DNA of 64,000 bases from an uncultured virus (IMG/VR IMGVR_UViG_3300029319_005559) (taxonomy: Duplodnaviria > Heunggongvirae > Uroviricota > Caudoviricetes): the IMG/VR virus record IMGVR_UViG_3300029319_005559; one strand, written 5' to 3'. Both the position numbers and the translations under genes were made by a program. Under the pieces are notes generated by a model, which was not told where the DNA came from, made no database searches, and worked only from the letters and a program-made list of their open reading frames with translations. The first letter of the stretch is position 1; each line of letters opens with the position of its first letter. Of the stretch, positions 12,201-20,928 are shown one piece after another.

Positions 12201-13002
12201 TTTTGTTAATATCATTAAGTAACTGTGTTTGATTTTCAGTAGTTAAATTTTGATCTGATAATTTATTAACGTTGTCAGCTATATTATTATCTATATCGCT
12301 AACTTGTTTTTCTAATTTTTTATAAGCATCTGATTGCTCTCGTCTCTGTTGAGATTCATTTAAATTTTTTCTTTGTTCTTGGTCTAAGCCAGCTATATAA
12401 TCTGAATTTTTACCCGGTGTAGATCTAGGTGTGTATATATTTTTAGTAGCAGTACCTATAACTCTTACTCTTCCTGTTGCTGGAGAATTAAAAAACACTT
12501 CTCCGCTTTCATCAACTTCAATACCTTCTATATTATTTGATAATTCTTTTATACCAGCTTCATCATAATCACTTATACTTGTAGCTACATCAAACTCATT
12601 ATAAGCCCTTAAGTTATTAAAGTTTTTACTTTTAGTTAACCAGTCTTCGGCTGTAGTTTCACTAATTTTTTTCTTTCTATTATTTCTAAATCTCCACTTC
12701 TTATCATCACTTTCTGTTACTTCAATAAGATCTTCCTCTTGCTCAGCCTTCGGTGACTCCAATGAAATATCTTCCAAATCTAAATCCCCATTCTCGTCTC
12801 CTGCCGCAGTTGGGGTAGTCTCGACAGGCGGATTCTTTTCCACGGTAACAATATCTTCTATCTTTTCTTCTTCAGGTCCACCGTCTTCTACAGTAGTTAT
12901 ATTGTTAACACTTAAGTAATTATCTAATGTAGTATTACTAGCTTTTACAGCTTCATCTATTTGATCTTGAGTATACTCGTTGTCGTTCCAGATATATTTC
13001 AT
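3259..13002 (-). CDS. Giant (3247 aa) putative internal/ejected virion polyprotein with HExxH and HAD-like domains
   Basis: Last large gene of the structural block; HEGFH motif; VFDFDDTL...VLTAR...FADD HAD motifs. Confidence 0.7.
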   Translation of the reverse strand: MKYIWNDNEYTQDQIDEAVKASNTTLDNYLSVNNITTVEDGGPEEEKIEDIVTVEKNPPVETTPTAAGDENGDLDLEDISLESPKAEQEEDLIEVTESDDKKWRFRNNRKKKISETTAEDWLTKSKNFNNLRAYNEFDVATSISDYDEAGIKELSNNIEGIEVDESGEVFFNSPATGRVRVIGTATKNIYTPRSTPGKNSDYIAGLDQEQRKNLNESQQRREQSDAYKKLEKQVSDIDNNIADNVNKLSDQNLTTENQTQLLNDINKMQDQSLEACKDLQKEILLTEEDIDPEAELTVKRQLVVAKEVYDKKGKLQGYRPTVLLSEFDQQTKLASAETGFGIDYVQPFQTLVDPEEVENEKRKATDLYQDKITAELANYNFNILDQETNDGSYKYDNLLKIDDFNNAPLEITSNFANAPAQALFDFVNMPTGYRYEGAKGTFSEAERPYESAELLNETFGPFGFYFMYDEDLESENQAMRGSDATSFANNIRVYYRPEFEELTDKDGKIKDINVLDKISGQAKPKEGSDFVLLPVTNRNPIDYTEDRNVGLRGFIKRGPIGLFRDEKTYIDNTWNNWTQDTDGWQLNKYTDNLKEAFTWMQGKAQADADGNQGIPYFNTDALNVVKSPTPAFVEAQIKEADESVIQINQNTKIQGQLEGEIKEIQSYFKKNSPIIKNLNEAFQTLQGDEDYQKVRKETDQAIDKINKVYTQYEDLQVAIEKADPDGDGVIEDQQTLNRIQPIVRLSNQLRKDIIRNQQIVKDNEEYLKDKEKDYKKAYKKYENRGGKTFLEEFNSYADQYTDITNKYNNLVSTNIRLNQSVDKAEAAIDASIITYEEWAVNNAGRGSFTDWVHNRFFEGFKDSMVGLKIYGNELMKAFDKNVLKMDNEEEWNDIIERTRNAANINFNQKYRKHNIDPTYAARFEESEWGQGAGVIIDMASDFILGTAALPFAPGIGFGLSASGKVMTGIDTEVEHMKEQLMYKRNPDGSIVKDEEGNKVLNPNYDDVILSDEEKLFYKTFVGAGTAILEKVGLGEFKSAFQKSLVSQSLTGRILSKIPGANRLSGVEFRNLAYREIEDMISKGIFKVTVGVGGEVTTEVAQEYWQVLGQDATNGLRDIKQKKFFETPDYFSKEMTDRVTQIAKVTSIATLPLTLIGATANGISETRYNKRNSDYLATSFNLIKNKTLNKLYKERLKTEYANNKITIEAYNNSLKNLEEVEGIINNLPTDANGEITISPDAQQKVALLQLEINNLKKNMSEDQSTSKQQRIEIQNREQAIERVIEEDLANGGMKTWLVNEQINKARNEKIARDNEAIKNANIDVTLDQIGNLMLDGADQKTLDAEAAKIEEEMRKIPGQENFTLDPSQYKLSEVNSENFKVIVYDESNIDEVAKDYNTTPEDLNEASEGQFIPSRGVVLMSSEAAKGVKQHEGFHVYTHHGLRKPENAGIARQVANSLLEKIARLDPEAAGVISKQIQEKYDTDESYTDADRAEEIMAYYVQLKSGNNRFKGSSLSDLVRPIRRMLQNVGLRDVKLNRKNVKTFIDDYIFALESGKGLTKAQERFARGEVVLPQTKPDQTVAPQVTEEVAVEETVDTTVEPATQLKAKSIEDVTLLEAINNLLPDDIDTKEKYDAFIRDERKAKPIIDALNQPGGAINNYIRSKQVSQEEGNQMIENTLFRLFNFNPEETRADGTVVGPQGFGERIFADTRFASMDARKKLAQEAAKKKQEVRQDDEAVREIAAEPQDVSGPETKAKPAPRSKITRDFPEIFDEQLKDEFETSAFEMFESEMPEVNEKDYKGFMTDVQRAKMTDATKKKLGTGKNYEFAVKKLAPKMREYFPIQWFVRMEGQTKPENRIFTNPPRRLTTQAEIDAAMRRDDVYVENTAQGVNLYTFKDFDTKELIDYLLAPPISPTTGKRSGLRGTRKTGLAEGVVDVVSKDVTPSVVKRVSKVKDKIGKISEKVQRDPNTLFAKKGIDKLLKDVGIQPLKSINSKGVVTVPEDIAAFENFMLETFPNYLPGFLINSGTFANNRKGKSQFLTSQRRGEIQSEVNAKQDLKNLGLTNRELQALQELGKNVNNWWNKIMDIGTRLFNNEKWKEAKKLKNEGLEVLWRQFNKMYKADPENAKYIAAIIQTSSANSGHIMRMAGYPVGFETKWKGKRKPEREHVIPANQIGEFLFKAMMKGVPLDKAMELVNDNYFQILINKDTDDKIKAAGFQSVMPDGFFESWLDAIDKDTPPQTFLVRYFHPDVNNKVGPDGQVGINPNELFVNLDGKTKTISDLNNIGSNVFNTKQLTFPNVISLQQKLLYDIGSNKISKAEATKIAKKYAADLANEQQQANNLNDNLVGESGVVLHSKKMDMETLLSKAVTLDEALRIARDPNAPVKKIRVFDFDDTLAQTNSLVFYEMPDGTRAQLTAEEFAKDGARLVEEGAVMDFSDFNIVRDGKRGPLFEVAEKIKAARGNEDLFVLTARAPESQQAIYEFLKSEGLEFKIDNIVGLGNSTPEAKANWIVDKAAEGYNDFYFADDAMKNVKAVKDVLDVVDVKSKVQQAKVLKSKKLSTDFNNILEDKSGIGSEKTFSKAKAKILGEKKGKYKFWIPPSAEDFVGLMYPILGKGKKGEQQMKWIKDNLLDPWAKGMANLQQDRLNLMQDFKALKKSLNVPKKLRQTNSTGFSNEQAVRVYMYTAMGHDIPGLSKTDLKELNDIVANDPDLKLFAEQVLLITKGDGYPKPGQSWLAGTITTDLIDLLDTTKRQKYLQEWQENADIIFSEENLNKLEAIYGAKYREALENMLGRMKSGKNRVTGGNRLSNRVLDYINGSIGTIMFFNTRSAVLQTISAINYVNWSFNNPIQAGKAFANQPQYWKDFMMLMNSDYLRDRRNGQRINISESEILDAAKTSRNKAKSAINYILSKGYLPTQFMDSFAIASGGATFYRNRINNLLKETDAEGNKVYTKKQAEEIALREWAELAEENQQSSRVDKISQQQASDLGRIVLAFANTPMQYARIQKRAFQDLVNGRGDAREHISKIIYYGFVQNLIFNAMQQAVFALGFGDDEEDDEKKNEKYYDTLNGMLDSTLRGLGIGGQAVSVVKNFLLDIYERSGRSRPEYVDSMWKLLQFSPPVSSKISKLRQAAWQFDSKKRREKIFEGGFGLDNPAYEAFAKVVSAAANIPLDRALQKFNNIEAAFAEDTDWWQTVAMLAGWPEWQIKPKDKKRDKKNKSIIIDDGGVSATSSKTSTSKPIIVID

Positions 13003-13008
13003 ATTTAA

Positions 13009-14886
13009 TTAAGCTTGATTTATTATAGGTAATGCTGGAGCAGTGTTGTCCATTGATGTTTCGTTTTCTTCGTCTGCTTTTATAGAGTTTATTACTTTAC
13101 GCATTGTAGATTTTGTAATTCCTTGATACAAACCTATCTGTTGTAAAAAATTGCTAGGTTGTTCTAAAGCATCACGCCTGGTATATACTTCACTTCCGTC
13201 CCTGTTTTTAACTCTAATATATATACCATCTTTAACAGCGTCAACTTTTTCACCTTGAGCATTAACAACTGTTTGACCACCACTAAGTTCTTTTCCTGTT
13301 TTAAATTTAACACTTGATTGGCCTACACTAGCCATGTAGTTTAACATGTCTACGGCGCCTTTGTAGCCATCCTTTTTTAGTTTATCAAAATCAGTATAAA
13401 CATCTGTAGCTGTAATGGAATATTCTCCAAGTCCTTGATCTTTAGATCCACTAAAGTACGTAGACATACCTTTGTTTATACTAAAAGCATTTTCATTTTT
13501 ATATTGACTAACTACAGCGTCTTCAGTTTCTTTTTTCTCTTTGTTACTAGAATATGTAATACCAGGATCTTCTGCTATAAACTGAGCTTCTAAATCTTTA
13601 TATAATTCATCCGCTGCTTTATCATTTTGTTCTGGCGTTCCAGTATATTGCCAAGTAGTTCTATTTTTTGGATCAGGTCCACCTACCATTTGCCAATTGT
13701 TCTGTGCGTTTATTCTACTATTTTCATCATACAAACCATTAGTTGCTATTTGATCTTGAACAAATACTTCAAGTCTTGCTTTTCTGGCAGAATAATCTAC
13801 AAATTTTTGTTTAACACTAGTCGTTCCACCATCACCTGTAGTTGTTGAAGTATTGTAAGATACAGCGCCTTTTACTTTAGCAGCGCCTGAAGCTTTGTAT
13901 AAATCTGATTTATAAGTTTCATATTTCTTACCATCAGTTAATGCCAATAATTCTCCGTTTTCTAATAATAATCTTTCTAACTCTTTGTTATTTAAAGTAT
14001 ACGTTTGTTTACCATTTTTTGTAGGATAAGTATACTCAACACTAAAATGTCCTTCATCGTCATATTTAGATTTAAACCTACCTTTATTAATGCCTAAAGT
14101 ATAATCTCTTACGAAACTAGAAAATGCTGGAAAATCAGGATCATTTACAAAATATAATGGAACTCCTTTTTGTCCTTTGTTAACAGCTTTATATTGACCG
14201 TCAACATTAAGACCACCAACGTTACCTTGACCAGGTTTTAAAATATTTGTAGCAGCATTAAGTCTACTCATCATTTCTATATATTCACGTTTTTCAGTAG
14301 CTATTTTTTTTAACATTACATTTCTTTCTTCGCCAGTTAAGTCGCTTAACGCAGTAAAGTCATTGGCTATTGCTTCTACACCTTGCTCTTCAAGAGGTTT
14401 ACCAAATTCATCTTGAGCATGATAATAAATTTTAGGATCTAAGCCATCCTCCTCTAGTGCTTCATTTAATTCATCTTCTGATAAATTAAGACCAGAATAT
14501 TTTTCTACAGCTATTTTATACTTAGCTAAATCTTCGTTAGGTATTTTTACACCTTCTCCAACTTCTGCATCTGCTTCAGCTATTCCTATTGTTATATTCT
14601 TTGGATCGTAATCTGTAATGCCAAACTTTTTAGGAACTTTTTCATCTATGGTTTCTTCAAATTCAATTTGAGCTTTAGTACTTTCTTCTTTTCTTTCAGC
14701 TTGCTCTTTCTTTTGTTTTTCTAATTCTGCTTGTTGTTTTTTAACTTTGTCAAGCTCTTCTTTAGCCTGTAATTTACGCTGTGCTTCAACACTTTTTATA
14801 GCGCTATTGACAGACTGCGTTAATGTAGCTGTTGACTTTGAAAGACTTTCGTCTAATATTCTACTTGGTTGACTGTATGTTCCCAT
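13009..14886 (-). CDS. Putative internal virion protein (625 aa)
   Basis: Lies between the tail nozzle genes and the giant protein; N-terminal coiled coil. Confidence 0.5.
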   Translation of the reverse strand: MGTYSQPSRILDESLSKSTATLTQSVNSAIKSVEAQRKLQAKEELDKVKKQQAELEKQKKEQAERKEESTKAQIEFEETIDEKVPKKFGITDYDPKNITIGIAEADAEVGEGVKIPNEDLAKYKIAVEKYSGLNLSEDELNEALEEDGLDPKIYYHAQDEFGKPLEEQGVEAIANDFTALSDLTGEERNVMLKKIATEKREYIEMMSRLNAATNILKPGQGNVGGLNVDGQYKAVNKGQKGVPLYFVNDPDFPAFSSFVRDYTLGINKGRFKSKYDDEGHFSVEYTYPTKNGKQTYTLNNKELERLLLENGELLALTDGKKYETYKSDLYKASGAAKVKGAVSYNTSTTTGDGGTTSVKQKFVDYSARKARLEVFVQDQIATNGLYDENSRINAQNNWQMVGGPDPKNRTTWQYTGTPEQNDKAADELYKDLEAQFIAEDPGITYSSNKEKKETEDAVVSQYKNENAFSINKGMSTYFSGSKDQGLGEYSITATDVYTDFDKLKKDGYKGAVDMLNYMASVGQSSVKFKTGKELSGGQTVVNAQGEKVDAVKDGIYIRVKNRDGSEVYTRRDALEQPSNFLQQIGLYQGITKSTMRKVINSIKADEENETSMDNTAPALPIINQA

Positions 14887-14942
14887 ATTCTATTATTAAT
14901 AACTCATTCGACTGTTCGATCTTGCCGCGGCGTCACCGCTGT

Positions 14943-15596
14943 TTAGTTTCCCTCAAGCACGCCTCCTAATTGTGTTAAACTTCCAGCCATACCAGTTAAA
15001 GCTCCTATAGCAGCTTGTTGATATTCTGTTTGTTGTGCTAAAGCATTATCATACAAGGCTTGTGCTCTATCAAGTTCTTGCATTTCTCTAGTTTCTTGAG
15101 CTTGGAAAGCAAATTGATCTGCAGCCATTTCCCCTTGTTGTATTCTTATTTTCTCTTGCATTACTTGTTGTTGCAATTGCTGCTCGCCTTGTGCTCTTAG
15201 TTTTTGATTTTGAGCTTCTTGTTGTTCTATATTTGCAGCTACATTTTGCTTGCTTCTGGCTGCTTCTCTTGCTAAAGCTGTAGCACCACCTGCACTAGCG
15301 CCTGTAGCTCTTAATGTGTCTAATGTATTAGCTAAAGCTAAATCAGTTTGTTCCATTTGTATTTCAGCTGACTTCATTGCTACACCTAAATTAGCAAATG
15401 GATTACTTAAAGTACCTGATAAGTCAGTTAAGTTATCAGCAAGGTTAGGAATTTCTTGTCTATTATTGGCTAAATTAGTTATATTAGTTTCTAATGTTTC
15501 TAATTGACTGTTCATGGAGTTTGCTTTTCCATTTGCTAATAAAGCTGTTGCCGCATTAGCAGCTACTCCTACGGCTATTAAGGCTGGTACTGGCAT
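14943..15596 (-). CDS. Putative DNA-ejection/internal virion protein (A/Q-rich)
   Basis: Hydrophobic Ala-rich N-terminus, Gln-rich helices, Gly-rich C-terminus; synteny. Confidence 0.55.
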   Translation of the reverse strand: MPVPALIAVGVAANAATALLANGKANSMNSQLETLETNITNLANNRQEIPNLADNLTDLSGTLSNPFANLGVAMKSAEIQMEQTDLALANTLDTLRATGASAGGATALAREAARSKQNVAANIEQQEAQNQKLRAQGEQQLQQQVMQEKIRIQQGEMAADQFAFQAQETREMQELDRAQALYDNALAQQTEYQQAAIGALTGMAGSLTQLGGVLEGN

Positions 15597-15605
15597 AGTA
15601 TTGTG

Positions 15606-17306
15606 TTAAGATGATTGTACAAATTTAGTTCCAACAGACCATATTTCTTTTAAACCTCCTACGTCTGTAGAATCATCTGTTGATATAGTTACTGTAGCAA
15701 AATAAGCTTTTATACCACTCATTTGTGCTCCAAATAATATACCATCTGGTCTTTGAACTGAGTTGTTTATTAAATTAGCTACGTATAAGTTTTCTTTTCT
15801 ATCAAATCCTGCTCTTAATATATAACCTTGACTATCAGCGTATCTACCTTCATCATAGCTTTTTACTGATGTAGTTGTATCTCTATAAGAATTAGAACTA
15901 TTATATGTAAGTGGATTTGATATAGGAATATCTGGATCTATTTGTTGAAAATCTGAAACAAATGAATTTATTTGATAACCATTGTCTCCTTCATAGCTTA
16001 TAGTTTGAAAAACTTTTTTAGTTGATGGATTGTCATTAACAACAAATTCCACTGATGACCCAACATAATTGTTATAAAAATTACCTCTATTATTATTACT
16101 TATTTCATCATGATGTTTCCATAATTTACCATTAAAAGTAGTAAAATATGTATCTTTTAAACTAAATATATTTGTTGGATTATAAGTATATCTACTAGGC
16201 CAACCTCTAACTGATTCATCAAATGCTGTTGTTTCATATTCTTGTAATTGAGATGGAGTTAGTTTAGCTTGTTGTAAAGATATAACATATTGTTTATCAA
16301 ATATATCCCAACCGCCTACTACTTTATCCATTACTGGTTTACTAAAAACTAATTCATCAGGAGAAGTTCCACATGTAAGAGTTATTGCTTGTGATAACGT
16401 AACTTCATTTATAGCGTAGTCAACATCTGTAACATAAGCGTTAGTTTGTAATCCGTTTATAGTAACAGACATTCCTATTTCAATATCGTCAGCAGAGTTA
16501 TCAAGTATTATTACTGTACTAGGATTTGGCGTAGGACAATCAGATGTAGTAGCACTTACATTATACGTTTTAAAATTAGAAGATATTTTTTTAAGTTCAT
16601 CTCTAAAATAATCAGACATTCCATATTCAGATATCTCAGTTAATCCATCACGTGATAATCTCATTATAGACCCTCTAAATGCATCAGCAAAGTATCTTCT
16701 ATATCCATATCTAGCAAAACTTTCTGGATTATCTGATATTCCAAAATCACCTACGTAAGGTACAACTTGACCAATAACTAAATTAGTAGAAGTTACAGAA
16801 CCTCCTCCTTCAGCCGTATACAATGCATCTTTATCAATTAAAGCTCTACTTACCTTATTTTGTTGTAATATAGTTAAGTCATTATCACTAGCGTAAGTTC
16901 TTTGTATCGGACCATATGATGGGTCTAATGATTTAGTAATGTCTTCACCTACAGAAAATACATTTGTTTGATTAAATCCTGTTCTACTGTTGTAAACACC
17001 TGAGTATATTATACTATTAAACCTATGTTGTTGATTAATGTTTTCTTCATTAGCATAAGCTTTAACGCCAAAATCAACACTGGTATTATTAAATCCACCT
17101 AATATCCTAGATTCTTCAATCATCCACTGTAAAACATCGTAAGCTGGGTCTATATTAACATTGTTAGGATAAGCAGGATAACCGGGTGGATCCCATACTA
17201 AACCAGGCCACGATGCAACATTAGTTACGGGTGGACCTAAATCAGTATCTACAATTCTTTTATTCCAAAACGCGTTAAAATATTTTATTTTTATTGTACT
17301 TGACAT
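15606..17306 (-). CDS. Tail nozzle/stabilisation protein, C-terminal-type subunit
   Basis: IIYSGVYNS, DPSYGPIQ, FGISDNPESFA and RLSRDGLTEIS beta-propeller-like motifs of podoviral tail tubular B-like proteins. Confidence 0.6.
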   Translation of the reverse strand: MSSTIKIKYFNAFWNKRIVDTDLGPPVTNVASWPGLVWDPPGYPAYPNNVNIDPAYDVLQWMIEESRILGGFNNTSVDFGVKAYANEENINQQHRFNSIIYSGVYNSRTGFNQTNVFSVGEDITKSLDPSYGPIQRTYASDNDLTILQQNKVSRALIDKDALYTAEGGGSVTSTNLVIGQVVPYVGDFGISDNPESFARYGYRRYFADAFRGSIMRLSRDGLTEISEYGMSDYFRDELKKISSNFKTYNVSATTSDCPTPNPSTVIILDNSADDIEIGMSVTINGLQTNAYVTDVDYAINEVTLSQAITLTCGTSPDELVFSKPVMDKVVGGWDIFDKQYVISLQQAKLTPSQLQEYETTAFDESVRGWPSRYTYNPTNIFSLKDTYFTTFNGKLWKHHDEISNNNRGNFYNNYVGSSVEFVVNDNPSTKKVFQTISYEGDNGYQINSFVSDFQQIDPDIPISNPLTYNSSNSYRDTTTSVKSYDEGRYADSQGYILRAGFDRKENLYVANLINNSVQRPDGILFGAQMSGIKAYFATVTISTDDSTDVGGLKEIWSVGTKFVQSS

Positions 17307-17308
17307 AT

Positions 17309-20300
17309 TTAAAATGTTGGATCTACATAATATCTTAAAATTACATCTTCATCGACTACTTGTAATCTTATTCCACTGCCATTAGCATCTACTAAATCGT
17401 AAGATATATGCCAGTTTGTTTGAGCCATACCTCCTGATTGTCCTATACCAGGTACTAATCCGTCCCATCCAGGCGTTGCAGTTGCAGGATTACTAATGAA
17501 TAGTCCTAATCCAGTTACACTATCGTCTGTTGTATCTAGTTGACCTTCTGTAGGATTGCTTGGATCATTTATTCTAGCTTGACCTAATTGTATAGTAACT
17601 CCTGAGCCATCATATCCTGTAGGTAAGTTTGTGCCTCCAGTATAACTTATTGTTAAGTTTTCAACTTTTAACTCTGCATATACATTATCATTTTGAGCAT
17701 TTGTAGAACTACCATTTGTCGTTACAGCGCCTCCGCCTGTGTAATCATCCTCTTCATATAGTTGACTTCCAGTTGCAAAACTACCTAAATAAATAAGATT
17801 ATTATATATTGGTCCACGATCTGGAACAGGTCCTATTTCTGGTGGTGGTCCCCAATTCCAGTAAACGCCCCCAGGACCAGGTGGTAGAGTTGTTGATGGA
17901 GATAAATTAGACATAGCTCCAGTAAAACTTAAGTCAACAGTTTGAAAAAGTACTACACATCTAACTGTAAATGTATAGTTTCTTATTTGACTATTTTGAC
18001 CAAAATAATTATCATAGTTTGAAACATCGTAAGTTAATCTTATATAAAACGTACCATTATTATTATCTACTAATTCAAATATATCTACTGGATCACCTAA
18101 GGCATCTTCTACACTAATTAAATTAAAACTAGCATTTGGATCATTTATTTCAACACCATCATTATTTACCGTTTGCATGTCAATTGTAACTCCATTACCA
18201 GGTGGTTCATTTTCAAAAAACGCAAATTGAGGATTTGTAAAAGCTACAGGAGTTGTAGTATCTCCATCTATAACATCTGCATTTAATACTGATATCAAAC
18301 CAGAAGAAGTAGTTTCATAAAATATATCTAAGTTAGATTCAAAAGGTTGTGTTTCTCCTATTGCTAAATATGGAAGAAATCCAGTTTCTTCTGCTACACC
18401 TACAGCTTCTGTTGTAGATAATATACCTATTAGTGGATTGTTATTAGAATTAAACACTACACCTGGAGGACCAAAGGTCCACGTTGAAGCGTCAGCTATA
18501 GCAACGGTGGAATCTTGATTTAAAACTACAGTTGATCCTGAAGCAGTAGCATAGTAAGCTTTTACATAATAATTTTCTGAAGCATTAATTTTTTCTGTAC
18601 CACCCTCAAACACACTTATAACAGAAGAACCAGGTTGTATATCTTCGTCAAAAGAAGAAAAATCAAAAGTATCTTGATTAGCAAGTTCACTTCCACTTTG
18701 CTCTAGAGATTTTTTACCTATAGAAATACCAAGATTACTTAACTCTGATATCTGCGTCACTCTTTGGTCTATAGGACCACCATAAAACTGAACGCTGTTA
18801 TGATATGATGGAACTTTCTCATTTACAACTCTTAAATTTAAACTTTCTGTAGATCTATATATAGTTTGACTAGGTCCTACTTGAGATATATCTTTAGGAA
18901 CTTTATTTATATTATCAGAATACAAACTTATAGTTGCTTCTGTGTTACTAGAACTGCCATCTTTATTAATAGCTCCGTTAACTATACCTGGTAGATAAGC
19001 GTTATAATATTCTTGTTGTTGTTGTTTTACGACAATTTTATAACTATACCAACCTAAGGGATTTGTTGTGCTATATAAACCTGGGTAACCAGGTGCATTA
19101 ATACTTGATGGTATTTGTGACTTAAAAATAACTTCGGCTAAATCACCTGGCCAACTTGCGTTTGAAGGCGTAGTAGTATCTAATACTATGCTGCTTGCGT
19201 TTCTATAAGCTTTATACAATGTAGAACCTTTAAAAGCATCTGCTAAACCAGCAATGACACCATCATCTACTTCAGAAAGTATAACATCTGAAGATCTTCC
19301 ATATCTATCACTTAATACTATACCTATTTGATATGTTCTATTGTCTTTTAAAGTGTGGTTTTGATACTCTATAGCTACTGTATTATCGCTTTGACTATCT
19401 TTTTCATTTATGTTGGTATTGTAGTTTAACGTTGTAGGGCTAGTGTGCTTATCGTAAAAATTAGAATACAATATTCTATTACCTACAGCTGTTAATGTTT
19501 TAGCTCTTATTGGTGATTTATCATAAACCCTAACAGTTTCTGAATCAGGTAAAGTTCTTATTGGTTTTCTTGATTGATACACATATTGCAACTTGTCTAT
19601 AGTTGTACTAACTAAAGTACTATTATCTATAGTATCTAAAACTTTTATTGATGTTTCGCTAGCGTCTTTACTTATTATGTCTAATTGTTTTATTTTTAAT
19701 TCACTAACAGCATCTGCCCAGCTAGAAAAACCAAGTGGAGCAGGCAATATTAAACCTACTTCATCAATTTTATTTCTCATCAATCTATTTTCTGTACTAG
19801 ACAAAGCCCAATACTCATCATTATCATCTGCAATAAAATCACCTGTTGATGGATTATATGTTTCATTTAAAAAATAACCATCATTTCTTGGAACAAAAGC
19901 TATTTGAGTAAATGGTGCTATTAGAGAATATTCATCATCATCAAATTTAAACCTATAGCTAAATCTTATAAATCGTTCTTTTAAATACTCAGGATCTCCT
20001 GGCCAAAGAGAATTGTAGTCAGGATTTAGATTAGTAGTTCCGTCTGGTTGAGGTGGTAGATATTCATCAGATCTATTTCTCATTGTAGATATACCTGTGA
20101 CAGAAAGTTGAAATTCACCTCCGGAACCAGGAACAGCAAGTCTTACTAAAAGATCTACGACGTCACCATTAGTATAACCAGTACCAGGTTCTGTTATTTC
20201 TATTCCAGTTATTTCACCAGTGACTGGGGATACACTTGTTATAGTTAGTATCAAACCTTCTCCTGTTCCACCAACTAAACCGTTTGCTGGTATCTGATAT

Positions 20301-20926
20301 GGTAAAGTTAAAGCTTGATAATTTTGCCCACCGTCTATAATAGAAACACTCTGAACTTCTTCTTTATATAAATCTATTGGTTGAAAAGGATAATACTTTG
20401 TAACAGATATATGATCTTCATTAGTGTAATAACTTGAGTTAGCCAGAGCTGTAGTTATATTTATTTTACGAGGTTGATTTCTATTGTCAGTAAAAAATAA
20501 AAGATCTTCAATAACATCTACACCACCTATTGGATGTGTTTTTGAAAAGTTTAAAAAATTACCAGATACTAATTGATTAACTGTATTAGTATCAGCATTA
20601 TAAGCATATATATAATGAGCTGAATTAGATGGAGCAAAGTTAGATAAATAATCTACAGATGTATCAGTATAGTTAGTTATAAAAAAATATATTAAATCTT
20701 TTTGTTCATCTACATAATAACCTATAATTTCTAAATGTTTATCAGTTAGTCCAAAATCAGATACTTGTATATTACCTTTTATATTTTGAACAGTACCTAC
20801 ATCTTCTCCTTCAGATCTACTTACAGTTATATTTATAGCATCTCTATACTCTCCTTTAGCAATTAACCTAGCGTCTATGTCTTTATTCATTTTAGACGCT
20901 GTAAAAGTATTTTTACTTTCAGCCAT
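17309..20926 (-). CDS. Tail nozzle/stabilisation protein, N-terminal-type subunit
   Basis: N-terminal KMNKDIDARL..GEYRDA.N; LLFFTDNRNQPRKINI; RFSYRFKFDD; YQIGIVLSDRYGR. Confidence 0.65.
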   Translation of the reverse strand: MAESKNTFTASKMNKDIDARLIAKGEYRDAINITVSRSEGEDVGTVQNIKGNIQVSDFGLTDKHLEIIGYYVDEQKDLIYFFITNYTDTSVDYLSNFAPSNSAHYIYAYNADTNTVNQLVSGNFLNFSKTHPIGGVDVIEDLLFFTDNRNQPRKINITTALANSSYYTNEDHISVTKYYPFQPIDLYKEEVQSVSIIDGGQNYQALTLPYQIPANGLVGGTGEGLILTITSVSPVTGEITGIEITEPGTGYTNGDVVDLLVRLAVPGSGGEFQLSVTGISTMRNRSDEYLPPQPDGTTNLNPDYNSLWPGDPEYLKERFIRFSYRFKFDDDEYSLIAPFTQIAFVPRNDGYFLNETYNPSTGDFIADDNDEYWALSSTENRLMRNKIDEVGLILPAPLGFSSWADAVSELKIKQLDIISKDASETSIKVLDTIDNSTLVSTTIDKLQYVYQSRKPIRTLPDSETVRVYDKSPIRAKTLTAVGNRILYSNFYDKHTSPTTLNYNTNINEKDSQSDNTVAIEYQNHTLKDNRTYQIGIVLSDRYGRSSDVILSEVDDGVIAGLADAFKGSTLYKAYRNASSIVLDTTTPSNASWPGDLAEVIFKSQIPSSINAPGYPGLYSTTNPLGWYSYKIVVKQQQQEYYNAYLPGIVNGAINKDGSSSNTEATISLYSDNINKVPKDISQVGPSQTIYRSTESLNLRVVNEKVPSYHNSVQFYGGPIDQRVTQISELSNLGISIGKKSLEQSGSELANQDTFDFSSFDEDIQPGSSVISVFEGGTEKINASENYYVKAYYATASGSTVVLNQDSTVAIADASTWTFGPPGVVFNSNNNPLIGILSTTEAVGVAEETGFLPYLAIGETQPFESNLDIFYETTSSGLISVLNADVIDGDTTTPVAFTNPQFAFFENEPPGNGVTIDMQTVNNDGVEINDPNASFNLISVEDALGDPVDIFELVDNNNGTFYIRLTYDVSNYDNYFGQNSQIRNYTFTVRCVVLFQTVDLSFTGAMSNLSPSTTLPPGPGGVYWNWGPPPEIGPVPDRGPIYNNLIYLGSFATGSQLYEEDDYTGGGAVTTNGSSTNAQNDNVYAELKVENLTISYTGGTNLPTGYDGSGVTIQLGQARINDPSNPTEGQLDTTDDSVTGLGLFISNPATATPGWDGLVPGIGQSGGMAQTNWHISYDLVDANGSGIRLQVVDEDVILRYYVDPTF

Positions 20927-20928
20927 AC

